In this document: piece after piece, positions 62,161 to 64,000 of the stretch
Numbering within the stretch: position 1 is the stretch's first letter
Layout of the letters: each line of letters opens with the position of its first letter
From: Ascoidea asiatica JCM 7603
Lineage: Eukaryota; Fungi; Ascomycota
Reading direction: 5' to 3'
Length of the DNA: 64,000 nt
NCBI GenBank assembly: GCA_001600695.1
Contig: BCKQ01000007.1
Coordinates: 565,594 to 629,593 of the forward strand
Notes under the pieces: generated by a model
What the model saw: the letters and a program-made list of their open reading frames with translations, nothing else
What the model was told of the DNA's origin: nothing
Database searches by the model: none
Made by a program: the position numbers and the translations under genes

Positions 62161-64000
62161 GGATCATTTGTACCAAAAGTAACAAGCATCGTAACACTAT
62201 TTGAGCCATTAACCAGTCTTTTAAGTTAGAAGTATGTCCCTTATTGGCTAGAATAACTATGTTCATGTATCTAAATACACCTTATTTTATTCTGTGGCCG
62301 CTTTATGCATACAATGGTCATCGTATTGGCCTTATTCCTTACAAAACAGTTATAAATATTGTTAATCGTTATTTACAATTTAAATTGTAACTTGTATTGT
62401 AACTTTTATTGTAATTGATATTTCTTATGCAGGTATTTAACATTCTCTTTTTTTGATTTTTACTCTTTTCTCATGTTTTTCCTTATGTTTTTTATCAAGA
62501 GTTTTATTTATTATTCTCCTGGTTTTATTTCCAGTTTAAAATTTATGTTTATAACATATGTTTTTTATTAATGGTTTGAAATTATCTGTTTAAAATTATA
62601 AATAATTTCATCTTTTATCTCAAATCACACTTTTTTTTTTTCTCATTTTATGTATTTATGTCTTAAATATCACAAATTTGGTAAATTCTTTTGATTTAAT
62701 AAAAATATTAAACCAATTTAAAGGTAAATAAATAACTTTTTTAAATCAATTACACTATAATACCAATTTACCAATTCTTACTAATAAAATCCAATGATAT
62801 TTATAGCTTTACTTATTTTGACGAAAATTTTATAATTTAATCATTATTTATACCCATTATAAGAAATAAATAGAAATTAAATATAAAAAATTGTCTTATA
62901 ACTTATAATATTATAATATTATTATATTTAACATACAGCTTACATTATATTTATAAAAATATCTTAAAAATTTACCGAAATTGGAAATTTCTTCATTCAA
63001 GTTTTCTTCTATTAAGAATTCAGATGAATTTCACATTCCTTATAGATATAGATATAGATATAAATATTTATTATTTATTATTTATTCAACTTCATTCATT
63101 TGTGATAATATAATATACTAAAATATATTTAAAATTATGTAAAGTTAACATTAAAAAAGAGCCACGTGACCCATATATGTCCACCAAAATAAATATTTCT
63201 CTTGTTAAAAATTTACAACCTTTAAATTACAACCTTTAAATTACAATTCAAATTTGAATTCAAATTTACTTCGAATTTACTTCGAATTTACTTCAAATGT
63301 AATTTGAATTTGAGCAGCCATGCAGATTTATTCAACAACTATTTCAAATAAATAATAAATAATGGAATAAATAATAGGATAAATAAAGGATAAATAAAAT
63401 TTAATTTATAAATTATCAAATTGTTCATACATCCCCAATTTAGGATAAGATCCGATCGATTATTATAAAATTTGTTTAAAATTTTATTCAAACATAAATG
63501 AGATAATTCCGGCAAAAATTTTGTAAATTAAATTTTGGGCAAATATATTAATTTAAATATTGATAAACATTTATATAATACTCAATAATTTGAGAAATTA
63601 AGTAAAAAAATTAAACAAATTAAAAAAAAAAAATTTACAAAAAAAAACAATAAAAAAGTAATAAAACAACAAAAAAATTGAAAAAAAAAACAAAAAAAAC
63701 AAAGTTAATAAAAAATACATAAACACACACACACACACCACATATTAAAACGCAAATATAATAACCTCCAATTTCATTTTTGATATTATATTTAACATAA
63801 TGCTATATATATATAATAATAATAATATAATAATATAGTAATTTAATAGTATAATAATATAAGGATAGTAATAGTAACAGTAATAGTAAGGTAGTCATAT
63901 TTATGGCAATTTAATTAAAAAAAAAAGAAAAAAAACATAATTAAAAAAACATAATTGAAAGAAACAAAGAAAGAAAGAAAGAAAAAGAAAATAATAATCC

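Noticed and set aside
63161-63300. CACGTGAC beside AT-rich DNA as a point-centromere CDEI
   Set aside because: No properly spaced CDEIII, and the same E-box occurs in many promoters in this window.

Overview
Very AT-rich eukaryotic DNA from a budding yeast (Saccharomycotina). The poly-Asn expansions, GTAAGT/TACTAAC introns and a velvet gene suggest an early-branching filamentous yeast such as Ascoidea; this is inference only. Protein genes, left to right: V-ATPase subunit f (intron-containing, missed by the ORF track), SLY41-like transporter, orphan single-pass membrane protein, COQ2, Flo11-domain GPI adhesin, UPC2, PSD1, IBA57, SKO1/Atf1 (start codon split by an intron), CHL1, Crp1/Mdg1-like protein, KduD-like SDR, divergent STE11, PRX1, LCB1 and a velvet-domain regulator. 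RNA genes: tRNA-Ile(AAT) and U5 snRNA. Also present are a decayed ACC deaminase pseudogene, a probable Ty1/copia relic and a perfect 4x79-bp tandem repeat. The most intriguing signals are two unexplained, highly base-paired ~200-300 nt elements (about 37.3 kb and 54.0 kb) that share a hairpin architecture, and the velvet gene with its long motif-rich upstream region. Family assignments come from remembered motifs, not from database searches.
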